DNA of 64,000 bases, taken from positions 10,292,001-10,356,000 of the forward strand of contig NC_047073.1 in the NCBI RefSeq assembly GCF_902459465.1. Direction: 5' to 3'. This document shows positions 1-11,400 of this stretch, in pieces. A program made the position numbers and the translations under genes. The notes beneath the pieces are model-generated. The model saw only the letters and a program-made list of their open reading frames with translations, was not told the origin of the DNA and made no database searches. Position 1 is the stretch's first letter. The number at the start of each line of letters is the position of its first letter. Source of the DNA: Asterias rubens (Eukaryota).

Positions 1-810
1 GAGTAAGCCAGTGAAAGCCAGATACAATATGTGTGGTGTCTGACCATTTGTTGCAACGTGAACAGTGTAAAGTACCTCAGTTGGGGTCCAGCAAACGAAG
101 AACATAACTCCGGCGAGCAGCATAGTTTCTACAACATTCTTCTTAGCCTTGCCCATAATACCATGACGTTGTCGGCGTGGGTTGACGGTAGCGTTACCAG
201 CCAGTTTGCGTCGAAGTGTGGTAAAAATCCGCACGTACGAAAATGACATCAGACATACCGGTATGAGATATTCGATAAGTAATGCAACGGTTGCTTCAAC
301 AGCCTGGGGAGCGGTTTCCAGCTGCACAAACTCACACTTTCCGTTGTGGACATGTTTCAGAAGAGCGAAATGAAGTCCGTATAGAAGTCCAATGGCCCAC
401 GCGGCAACCATCAACACTCTAACTCTGTAAAGTGAGCAGGCGTTGCGGTGCTTCACCGGCCAGCACGTTGCCATGAAACGCTCCATGGATATCAAGACGA
501 GATTGTACGTCGACGCCACATTGATACCCCAGATGAAAACATCAGCGTGGATAAAACGGCAGTAGAACCCGCCAAGGAAATTCTGGTCCACTTTTGTTAC
601 CCAATCGTCATGGGGAATAACCACACGGAGCAAGAGGAACACCGCGGCGGCATTGAAGTCAATGACAGACTGGTGACGAATGAGTCGGTTTGTGAAGGAA
701 CCAAACTTTTTTCGTCTCACTGTCATTACAAAAATCACTGCCCCATTTCCTATGAATGCCAAAGCTGCAATAATCGAGTTGATGACGATTAAAACATCGC
801 TGTTCGCCAT
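1..810 (-). CDS. Class A (rhodopsin-like) GPCR, 5' part (TM1 to start of TM7), truncated by window edge; galanin/allatostatin-receptor-like orphan
   Basis: Hand translation from ATG at 810 is open for 270 codons to position 1: MANSDVLIVINSIIAALAFIGNGAVIF...HQSVID...FYCRF...STYNLVLISMERF...AAW...EYLIP...FFVCWTP. It has the TM1 GN, TM3 Cys and ERF, TM4 W, TM5 P and TM6 CWxP hallmarks. An in-frame TAA lies upstream of the ATG. Confidence 0.93.
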   Translation of the reverse strand, partial: MANSDVLIVINSIIAALAFIGNGAVIFVMTVRRKKFGSFTNRLIRHQSVIDFNAAAVFLLLRVVIPHDDWVTKVDQNFLGGFYCRFIHADVFIWGINVASTYNLVLISMERFMATCWPVKHRNACSLYRVRVLMVAAWAIGLLYGLHFALLKHVHNGKCEFVQLETAPQAVEATVALLIEYLIPVCLMSFSYVRIFTTLRRKLAGNATVNPRRQRHGIMGKAKKNVVETMLLAGVMFFVCWTPTEVLYTVHVATNGQTPHILYLAFTGLL

Positions 811-1443
811 GTTTGTCTCTAATTCCAGATAGACACTCACCGACTGTTATTGCACGAGGGACACAACATACAATGATGCGCGTTTAGGTGAATATCTTTT
901 ATAACCTATAACTTGAAACAAATTGAAAAATCAAACACGCGTGCCTTTCACTACTAGGTCACAAAGTCAGCCTCCAAAGATGAAAATGGGTTTTATGCAG
1001 TCAATGTCACGCCTTTCAAGGCAGGCAAGTGGCGCTTGCGCTGTTAATGTTCACGGTGTATGAAATGGTTCACCCGAGAGCACGTGAGCCTGCGCTGTAC
1101 ATTTTACTAATGCAGTGTTTTTGGTCCCGTGCTGATAATTCACAATATTCTTATTTTTGATCAGTTTTTTCTAGTTCTTGACTCGCGACAAATTAACAAC
1201 AATGTAGGATTTATCAACTTACTGTTCATGTTTGTCGTTGTAAAAGCAGTTACACTTTAAGCCGCCATAATCTCTATTTCATTATACGACAGATGGTTAT
1301 TGAACTCGCATCAGTCTTCAATGAAACAATGAGCCAATAATGCATACCACAATGTCGCCTTAATTTATTTGAAGATTAGTGTAAAGTTCGGTTGGACTAT
1401 TGTACATTTGTACTGGTTAAAAGATTCGTTGTCCAGTAAAGAG

Positions 1444-1815
1444 TTAAAAGAACATGTTGCCTTGGATCGGACGAGTTGGTCTATAAAAAGCGTTTGAAAC
1501 CGTTTGTTATAATGCGTTGCTTAGAAAGATGCTTTAAAAGCAGAATATAATGATTCACACAAGTATCACTCAAAATTGCACGGTTTTCATTTTCTGTCGC
1601 GAACTAACACGGTCGGCCATTTATGGGAGTCAATTTTTTGACTCCAATAAATGGCCGACCATGTTTAGTCGACGAGGTAAAACGAAAATCACGCAATTTC
1701 GAGGCATATTGTGTAGATCATTGTATTCTACTTTTACATCTTTCTAACCATGTCGATTTTATAACAAACGGTTGAACGCCAAGGACCTCGACCGATCCAA
1801 GGCAAGTTCCTTTAA
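1444..1815. mobile_element. Foldback TTAA-flanked (Kolobok-type) MITE family B
   Basis: TIR AAC..TTGCCTTGGATCGG.CGAG; central hairpin GGTCGGCCATTTATGGGAGTCAA...TTGACTCC.ATAAATGGCCGACC. Confidence 0.8.
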
Positions 1816-1879
1816 AACACAAAGAGGCAGGCGCCTGACGCCTAAATTACTACTTGTTGAGTTTGGTTCAGTCACTGAC

Positions 1880-2210
1880 CACCTTTGGGTATTGTCAAAT
1901 ACCAGTATTCTCACTTGGTGCATCACAACATAATTATGCGAAAAATAATAAATCTGTGAAAATTTTGACTTGGTCATCGAAGTTGGCAAAAAATAATTAA
2001 AGCAAAAACACCCCTGTTTCACAAGTGTGTGTTCTTTCGGATCCGAAAAAGGCTTCATACCTGAAGTCTTTAATCTCCAAAAGTTCGTTATTTCAGAGGG
2101 AGCCGTTTCTCACAATATTTTATATTATCGACAGCACTCCATTGCTAGCTTGGTACCAAGTATAAGTTTTGACTGCTAACAATTTGAGTAATAACCATCA
2201 GTACAGTGTA
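1880..2210 (+). mobile_element. Degraded MITE A copy
   Basis: TTCTCACTTGGTG...TCAGAGGGAGCCGTTTCTCACAAT internal motifs. Confidence 0.6.
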
Positions 2211-3659
2211 CATGTCCGATTGATCAGCTTATTTATTCATTTAAATTTAATCTAAACACATACACAGTATACACCTACAATCATGGCTGAACTTTTTTGC
2301 AACGTACACGTATTTCTTACTGTGGCTTTCTTGAACGGCGTCCTCTTTCGTTTTGGTCCCCGGTTGAATCGGTAGCAATGTTTAGTTGGGGTCGTGTGTG
2401 AAACCTGGGGTGCTGCGCGTGCGCCTTTAGTTGCTAACAGTCCCATGATGCATTTGATGCGGTTATTTTTTGGTTAATCAACAACACACACGCACGCACA
2501 TGGGGATGACACGACAGTTACGTTGGCAAGAAAACTTCAAATCATTACGTCTTTCTTCTAAGGTCTAGGCAGCAGGTAATAACACATAATTTATTGCCAC
2601 TGTAACTTAATGTAGTGTAGGCTACGAAGTGTCCTTTCTGAAAACTTGAGTGGAAGTGTACTGTGAAAGTGAGTGTTTTTGTAAATTTCAACACGTGTGG
2701 ATATTAAAAGTATTATCTGTCATATTATTATTATTATAATGTGGTCAAAATTAATGGCCACCAACTAACAAGCACCAGTCTGAGTCGTGTAGGGGCCCTG
2801 CAGTTCTTCATTTAATTACGGAGAAACGAGTGTAGTCTGGTCTGACTGATTATGGCGGTAGAAATGGATCACTTTCCGCACGTATCCACCAATTTATATA
2901 ATGTAATTTGTCTGCCTGGTGAATAGCCCCACTTGTGTGGCACAAGTGGGGCTACTATTAGTTACTAATATTAAATAATACTATCCTTGGCCACACAAGT
3001 GGGGCTACCTGGTGAAATATCCATATAAACATAAGTAACATAATATAACAATTTATATTATATAAGCATGATTGATGAGACGGAACTAATCTATTCATTG
3101 TTCAGTAGTAGTAGCTGGTACACTATACATTTTTCTTTATTTCCTGGCAGCCATCAGGAGGAGGGTTACGTTTCGCAACTATAGTAGGGCTATACATAGG
3201 TTGGACAAAAAAAACCAAATGTTTTCTTTGTTTTTAACACAGCAATACTATTACTATAGTCTTGAAACATAAGAAATGGCCTAACCAAGATTTCTCACAG
3301 TGGAGCATTTGGCATTGTATTATTCCTTAGCCAGGTGAATTGGGTAAATTTAATACAAAAAAAGGGTGTTGTGGTGGCCAAACATTTTAAACAGGTTTTC
3401 TCTTGAGAATAAATCACTCAGTTATAAATGTTATGCTTGGAATGCTTTGTTTAATAACTAAAAAGAAAAACAGATCTGCGTCAATACTCAATTACTAATT
3501 AAAGCACCAATGTACTTTATTCTTGAAAGAGGGCAAGGTGCTATTCCTTTATACACCCACACCTCTTAGACAGGGGGAAATTTAGGCTTACACAAAAGCC
3601 TACTTTTACTAGGCAATTCAAGGTGCAATAGGCAACTTGGGAACAGTGCTAATGGCCAC

Positions 3660-3867
3660 GGGCTCAATTTCATAAAGCCTGTGTAAGCACCAAAAAAAAA
3701 AAAGCTAAACACAGAAAAGCATTGCTTAGCAAAAAACTGCAGAAACAGGTTACCCGTCAAAATACCACAAAATTGTGACTGTTAAACTAAAAGTGCATGC
3801 TTAGTGAAGAAATTTGTCCACTTGTCAAGCAGTATTTTCTATGGAACAGCTTTATGAAATTTGGCCC
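3660..3867. mobile_element. GGGCCC-type MITE relative
   Basis: GGGCTCAATTTCATAAAGC...GCTTTATGAAATTTGGCCC. Confidence 0.62.
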
Positions 3868-3890
3868 TATTGCTGTATGAGGTATGGTAT

Positions 3891-4036
3891 CTGCAGCCGA
3901 TTTCACGAAACGCTAGGAACTCGTACTAACTTAGGATTAATCTTAAGGTCTGCTTGCTACAGTGCAGGGTTGGGACTCGTCCTAAGTCCTAAGATTAATC
4001 TTAAGTTAGGAAGAGTTTGGTGAAATCGACGGCAGG
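3891..4036. mobile_element. Small palindromic MITE
   Basis: Imperfect TIR CTGCAGCCGATTTCACGAAAC / GTTTGGTGAAATCGACGGCAG with internal TTAGGATTAATCTTAAG symmetry. Confidence 0.6.
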
Positions 4037-5092
4037 CCTATTTAAGACAATACAAATACAGTAGAAGTCAATTAATTGGTCATAGACTAGTCAACAGACA
4101 TTACACTTTAAAGAGCGACAAAGTAAATTATGTTCAAGATGACAAAGCTGTCATTTTGCAAATAGCACTTCTTTTATTGGAAGTCGTAAAGAATAAAGAA
4201 AATGTTTAAAGGGGCACAGGGGCAGCAGAGGCAATGACATCCATGTAGGCCTGGTAATAGCCAATAAACTTTGAACCTTTCTAAAACTGTTTGGACAAGT
4301 CTTGAATAGTAAACAATTGAAAAAGTTCAAGTTCTACATTGTTCGTTACAAAAATGGATTTCCAGAAAGTGATTAAATGCTCAGTCAGATGGGCAGAGTT
4401 TTTTTAGTTTTATCAAACAAGTTAAACATTCTTAGGTAATACAAATTGATATTAAGATAAGAACTATAGTGGAATAATTGTGATTCCGTCTTACTTACTA
4501 GACACAATGAAACTATCATTTCAACATAAGCCTGTAACCAAACAATTGAAATCTTTGCAGATTTCAATTGGTGATGTTTTATTTTTTAGGCCCAATTTTA
4601 AAAGCTGCTACAGTGTTAAGTGCATAAGATTTGCTATTTCTGTAGTCTGAAAGACTCGTACTTAAGTCAGTACGCACACAACAAAACTTGCTCAAAAATA
4701 TCTTGCTTATATAGCAGAAACTGGCAACACTCCAAAGTATCTTTCAATCATGTTTTTGTCACAGGTACCCATCTACTTTCTTGCTTGCCTTGGAATATAT
4801 ATTGCTAAGCACCAATTCTTTTCGAAGATTTGAAATTAATTTGAATGAAAATGGTCATTTGTGAGCGCTAAATGTTGCTTAACCATAGTAGCACCTTATT
4901 TATGTAGGGAACCCAAGTGCGCCCTCATTGTTCATAATGTAGAAAATTAACTCTGGGGTTGCGACCTGTATATTCACTCTCTTTTTCTTTGGTAGCTTAC
5001 CAACTCATTTGAGGTTTTGCCCGAGACTTGATGACAGAACATTTAAAAAAATATTAAAAACGATTTAAAAAGATTTGACTAGGGCCTAGTTT

Positions 5093-5108
5093 ACATTTAT
5101 TTTTATTT
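5093..5108 (-). promoter_or_regulatory. Candidate polyadenylation signals of gene B
   Basis: Minus strand GAAATAAAAATAAATG contains two AATAAA hexamers about 115-130 nt after the stop at 5223. Confidence 0.4.
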
Positions 5109-5222
5109 CTCATGATGATATATGGAAATAAACGTTGCTTTGAAATAAGTTCGAATTGAAACGGTTGGATAAATAGAAAAGTCTGTTGTTTTAAAAGCAG
5201 ATCAACAAGACCAATCAAATGA

Positions 5223-5407
5223 CTAAGGCCTTGCTTCACAGCTAACTCCATCCTCCAGCAGGCGCCCTCCTTTTTCACAAAGGCAGTACTCTCCATCCCA
5301 GTCCAGAAGGCTGCCCGGAGGGCATGCACAGATATAGTCCGTCAGTCTTGAGGGGGAGGGAAGGCAGATATGGGAACAGCGATGATTCAAACATCGGTTA
5401 GGGACTT
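5223..5407 (-). CDS. Gene B exon 43: 8-Cys EGF reading through a GC (ex-GT) donor to stop (SCEARP*); probable terminal exon
   Basis: [63 protein letters not shown]. The donor position (5233-34) is GC where paralogous exons have GT. Confidence 0.85.
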
Positions 5408-8400
5408 CTGTAAAAAAGAAAACACCAAAGAAACATGTAGGAATTATTGTTTTAGATATGAAAGGGAGCGAAGGCACCGGGTCTGAAGAACATGTGAACA
5501 AAGTATGTTATACCATGCCTGATAGGGGGCAGAAGGTATCACCCAGCCCCCCCCCCCCCTCAAAAAAAAAAAAAAACAAAGAAGAAGAAAAAGAAAGAAG
5601 AAAAAAAAGAAAGAAAGAAAAAAAGGAAAAACAATTTGTTTACTTTTAAACAAACTATCTTACCTTTGTTGTTCAGAATTACCCCTCCCTAAAATCTTTT
5701 AAAGAATTCCTGAGTTTCCAATTGCACAATGAAGATACAGTAGGAAGGGGTTGGGTGGGGGGGGGGGTACATTATGCCTAATATCAACAACCAATGAAGT
5801 TTTACCAAAGGTGGAAAAGTCCTAGTGCACTGTACTAGTAGTAGACTTATAAGAGTCTAGTGTAGTACAGTGTAGTGGTGCAAACTACCAGGCCTGATAA
5901 TTCACGGAGACAACATTGTCTCTGAGTCCATGCCCCCATGGTCATTGCCTTGGTGCCCTTGAAATGCTCCAGTTGCAGTTTACAATTTCCTCATAGGGTG
6001 CCCTTTACCAAGGAGAAAATGCCTTGGCGCTCTTTAAAAGAATGAAGCTTACAGGCCTGAACTACACACTATCTTGGTTTACTAAGAAAGGACAATCTTA
6101 ACCTTGCTTACCTCCAATTTCGGATTGATGTTCAATTGAAGTCATGTAGTATGCCTGAAGGTCTAGTGGAATTGTGTCCAGTATTTCTCCGGTAAACTTG
6201 TTGGCAATACTGACTGCATCTGTCCTCCAGTCATTCCAGATCACAAAGTGCTGTGAAGATCAGAAAAGCTTAGACTTACAAAGTATTTATATTTTAATAT
6301 TTGAAAAGAAGCGTGATCAAATCTGTAAAAAGACTTGAATGCAGAATGCTCTATCATAGAGATTAAGAGAGGGTTGTTTGTTCCTCCATGGCCATTAATA
6401 AGCGCACCAAGTGTGTATATTTTCTACTCTTAAGTTACACCATCTATGAAGGTGGCAATTTGATGGATAATTTTGATTGCAGCGAGATGTTGTGGTCCTT
6501 TTGTTATCATTATCAAGGTGTATGGTTATCAATTGATATTTTCTCTTAGCTCAAAAAAAACTTTGAAGAATTTGATTTTGAAGCCATAGTGATTGCCCAA
6601 AGCTATCAATTTGGAAAAGGCCTTACTTTTTATTTTATTTTAACAACAATAATTTGTTATTCTCTCAATACCTGGTGAACAGCGATACTGAAGGGATGTT
6701 GTACTTGGAGGCTGTCCTGAATCAGAATGCGTCGTCCGTCACCATAAAAGCCAACATATTCCACTGTGTCCAGCCTACTATCCACCCAGTACACCCGTCT
6801 AGCTTGGAAATCTAGCGTCAGACCGTTAACCCAACCAAGGTTAGTGTGTACCAGTTTAGTAGGACGGGAACCATCTAAACCTGCCTTGCCAATCATTGGG
6901 TTCTCTCCCCAGTCAGTCCAGTACAAAAAGCTGTTCAGAAAATCATCAGGTTATGATTACAAAGATGGTATAACTTGAAATATTTTATTGTTATTTTAGA
7001 GCACTTTTATATGGGTACTTTTTGTTCAACACAAAACATAAACGTCGACTTAACAGATTTACGTTTAACTTTCAGGGTTTCAAGATAATGATTGTAGAAA
7101 GCTTTCCTTAAAATATTCCTCATTTTGTCTCCATATTCCTTCATTCACTGTGAGTAGGGATTCATGTCATACCTAAACACTTCACATACAAAGGATACCA
7201 ACCCCTTTAAAATGTTGAGAAAAAATGACAGAATGTTTCCAAACTGATAACATACGCTTCTTTTGGGTCCACTGCAAGACCTCGAGGCTTGTCCAAATTC
7301 TTCAGGATTTTCGTTAACAAGAACTGGCCATTGTTACTTATAACATCAATGGACGCAGGTTGTTCTGTGTTCACGCAGTAGAGGTTCTTGTGTATCCAGT
7401 CATACGCTAACCCCTCGTGGTTGGCTCCTTGGGGTACCAGGGTCCGGTTGGTCACTATAACTGGCTGACCAGTGTGTACAGTGATCGAATACCTGAAAAG
7501 GCAGAAAAATGTAATCTACATAAAAACAATTTGTTTTCTAGGTACCACCAGGTGAACAATAGACCAATTCATTAAGCTCCGCCCCATTGCGTACTGACCA
7601 ATCACAACCCATTGCCCCACCAAAAGTGCAACATAAAGTCAGACGTGTGCTTGTATGCTTGGCGCGCGCGGCAGAGTGGCGTTGGAGAGGCTCACGTGTT
7701 CTTGCTCACAAGTACGCCCTGGGCGGAACCTAATGGATCGGTCTATTTCACCCAGCACTCCGAGCAAAATACATTGTGCTGCCCAGCACAGATTTCCCCC
7801 AGCACAGCACAGATTTGCACTTTAGCAATGATGGTCCCCATATCTAACCATGATTAATTTGGTTGAACAGCTTGCCCTTGGTGGACTAAATTAGATTTAG
7901 AGCATGACGGCTCAAAGTGTTTGCTGCACAGCGCTGGAAAAGACGTCGGACTGGACCACTTTGCAAACTGACCCCATCTTTAGTTGTTTTGCTGCATATT
8001 GCTGGAAAAATGCAAGAAAAAACCTTTTTCGAACATACAAACTCAAGACTAGGACTTGAATGTACTTGCACGTACGTGTGTTCGATGTTCGATCGAGGCA
8101 AAGTCTGCCTCGATTTACGTCACAAAAGGGGTAGGCGGAGTCACCCCCACACAACTTAAAAAAAAATTTTATTACATAAAAATCATTAAAAACAATTACT
8201 AAAAAAATTATTTTATTGTTCAGAAACATAATATACTCTCATGTTTGAAGAAAAAAAATTCTATTTCCAGGTGACTTTAAATGTCTTCTTCCTATCAAGC
8301 CAAACCCAGTACATCTCAATGAAACCCAATTTAACCCTGTCTGGGTGATCATTCAAAAGTGACGATTTTTTAACCCTGTCTGGGTGATCATTCAAAAGTG

Positions 8401-11400
8401 ACGGTTTTTTTCACTATCGAATTTAAATTTACCAAAATAAAATTGAAGAAGTAAGAGGTTTAATACTTTACCTTTCTATTGTATCTTGTGTTATATCACC
8501 GACAAACAGTCTGCCATCTTCACCATAGGCTACACCAATGATGTTATTCCAAGGGCCTTGCACATGTGCAACCTCTAAAAGGAGTGTATCAATCTCCAGA
8601 AGTCGACGTCTGGCAGATAACAACAACTGATCAGAATAAAGAAATTGAGAAATTGGGAGAGACTTAATAATAATAATAATAAAAACAACAAAGTCTTACA
8701 AAGTGCACAAATCCACCAAAGGTGTTCAAGGCGCTGTAACAAAGGAAAAAGAGACTTCACATAGAGTTCAGAATTATTACAAAAGAATACTTATAAGAAG
8801 GTTTTAGCATTCAAGGAGGAACAGAGGGGGCAACAACGTTGAAAAATAGAAGCTAAGATTGGCAGATTGGTTTTTGATATCACTGATCGCAACAATATAC
8901 GGAACCTACTTGGCTCAAAGCAGCAGTTAAGGCAGCTTCGCAACATTTCGGGGACGCTGGTAAGAAATCATTAACCACCCATACTGTAGCCCAAGGAATC
9001 CACCTGGGCTTGCACCTGGGACTACCAAGAAGCAAGGAGGGACCCCCATTTTCTTTTGAAGTCAAATAGTACACCACAAAGGAATCTGGTTAGTTGGTAC
9101 ATGTATATATTTATCAATTTTGGGTGAGTAAAGAAAAAATTTACAAATGCACGATTTGAACCTGCAACTTCTGGATGTTTCTCTTTAGATAAAAGATGTA
9201 AACCAACAACATAATAACTTAAACATAATAAATACTTAAACAACAATTACCTTGGGTGGTGTTGGGTATTCGAACTCACATGTTCGATTGTCTTGCTGAA
9301 GAGCATAACTGTCAGGGCAAATACACTCCACTCCTGCTTGCAAATTAATACAAGTTACTCCAGGGCATGGATCAGGTTGTGTTGTACCGCACCGATCTGG
9401 AACATTCTCTGTAGGGGTAGGTAGACAGAAGGGTTTTGAGAGGGTTACAATGATAGGGGGGGGTGGGGTTGGAGAAGCAGTACAGTACATTGACAGACAA
9501 TGGTGGCAGCCTGTTGACTCCGGGCAACCTCGGTAGTCTAGTTGGTAAGACACTGCTCTGGAATTGCAAGGGTCGTGGGTTCGAATCCCACCCGAGTAAT
9601 ATGCCTGTGATTTTTTACAGGACTCGGGGAAAGTACTGAGTAGACAGTGCTAACACACATTGGTGTACGGGTAAAAACCAAAAGTAATATTCTTTATCCC
9701 CGATGCAAATTATACTCTTGACTCTTGTATGATTCTTCACATTTGTATAAAAAAGAACAAAGGGATGGCAGCCTGTTGATTCTCTTATGTCACATTTGAA
9801 TAGACAAAGAACAAAGGGATATTAAGAGTATGAACTCCAGTACCTTATGTCCCCTTTGAACTGATGCATAGCACAGTAAGTGCATTTTACTGTGAAAGCT
9901 GTACAATGAAATGTTCTGGTGGGTATTCACGCCAGCCGTTTAACTTGCAGCCAAAGATTAACTAGGTTAAGTGGTTTCCTTAAGTTAGAAAAGACTGAGG
10001 TAAATCAATAGATTGTAAAAAAGGACAAAAGGTTGGAATCTACTGTGCAAATAATTATCACGTACCACATCCCATTTCGTCTTCATACTCAAGACAGTCC
10101 CCTGTAACGCCATCACACCGCTGCCGTTTATGTATGCATTTGCCATCATTACACTGGAAACCCCAGTCACCGCATGCACCATCACAGTCGTCTTCGTCAG
10201 ACCCATCTTTACAATGCTGGTGTCTGTCACAGGTTTGGGAGAGCAAGATGCATTCTCTGCTCTCACGGCACTGGAAATCTCTACGGCCGCATTCTGGTTG
10301 AGGCTGGAACAAACGAAATTTTGAGCAATACGAACAATGATACATTTTGTTGTTGAAACACTTCATGTCTTTATACTCTTGAATATTAGGTAAAAAATTA
10401 GATTTTTTGCTCTGTGCTCATTTAGTTATATAAGAATTTCAACATTATTGACATTTAGGTTGGTATTTAAAAGCACAAAAAATCAGCTGAGCTTGAAAAT
10501 ATTATGCCTCAAGCGAAAAACTGGCAACCATAAAAAATATCATTCAATTCACATTATTTGTCATAGTTGCCTATCTTTCTCTGTGAAAGTGCTTTTGTGA
10601 AAATGGTCATAATGTGATCCCGTTAAATGTAGCTCAACTGAAGCACCTAAATCGCAAGCTCACGTAAGTTTTGCTCAGGACTTGATGCAAATTATTTAAA
10701 GGTTCCATTGAAATAGCACTCCTTAATTGTTCAAACAAATGAACAATGTCAAACCTTGGTGCTACCACCATGGTCAAACAAGGAATGTCAAAAGTATATT
10801 AAGTTTCAAAAAGTTGGACAATACCCAAATGTATTTGGTAAACAGGCAGATCAATGAGACCAATTGAACAACTAACTCTGCATTACCTCACAGCTGATTC
10901 CATCTTCCAGCAGGCGCCGTCCATTTTCACAGAGGCAGGTCTGTTTGGTCTGGTCCAGGCGAGTCTCCATAGGGCATGCACATATATAGTCGGTCGGTTT
11001 TGAAGGGGAGGGAAGGCAAATATGGGAACAGCCATGATTCAAACATCGCTTTGGGATTTCTGTGAAAAAACAAACCCAAGAAAGAACAAAGAGGAAATGG
11101 GCAGGAATTGTGGGTTTAGATATGAAAGGGAGGGAAGTAACAGTCTGAAGAAGCTGTAAGCAAAGCTTTATATTTCATGTCCGATATGATTGGGCAGAGA
11201 GTATTCCCCCCCCCCCCACCCTCCATGTTAGTTTCCATAGTCTTGTCATCATCATATATCATCATCATCCTTCGTCCTTGGACGGAATAGTAGAAGTAGC
11301 CTAGATGAAGTGGTGCCAGCTTGCTTTATCCTTCATGAGTTGTTGGGTCTCCCTTAGACTGAGATAAGTGTCTCTGGTGATGGTGTCTGGATGGGTAGCT

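Noticed and set aside
448-792. Plus-strand ORFs over the first 800 bp
   Set aside because: Antisense shadows of the minus-strand GPCR
2252-2580. GC-richer segment as a TM/tail exon of gene B or a 5' UTR exon of the GPCR
   Set aside because: No hydrophobic helix or NPxY in the listed minus-strand ORF; an ACA|GTAAGA donor-like site exists but has no independent support
5444-5653. Lys/Glu-rich or Phe-rich ORFs
   Set aside because: Low-complexity purine tract within an intron
9530-9600. Possible tRNA gene (also 16830 and 33890)
   Set aside because: A and B boxes are present, but it is fused to a constant non-tRNA tail, flanked by a TSD and polymorphic between paralogous introns, so it is a SINE head
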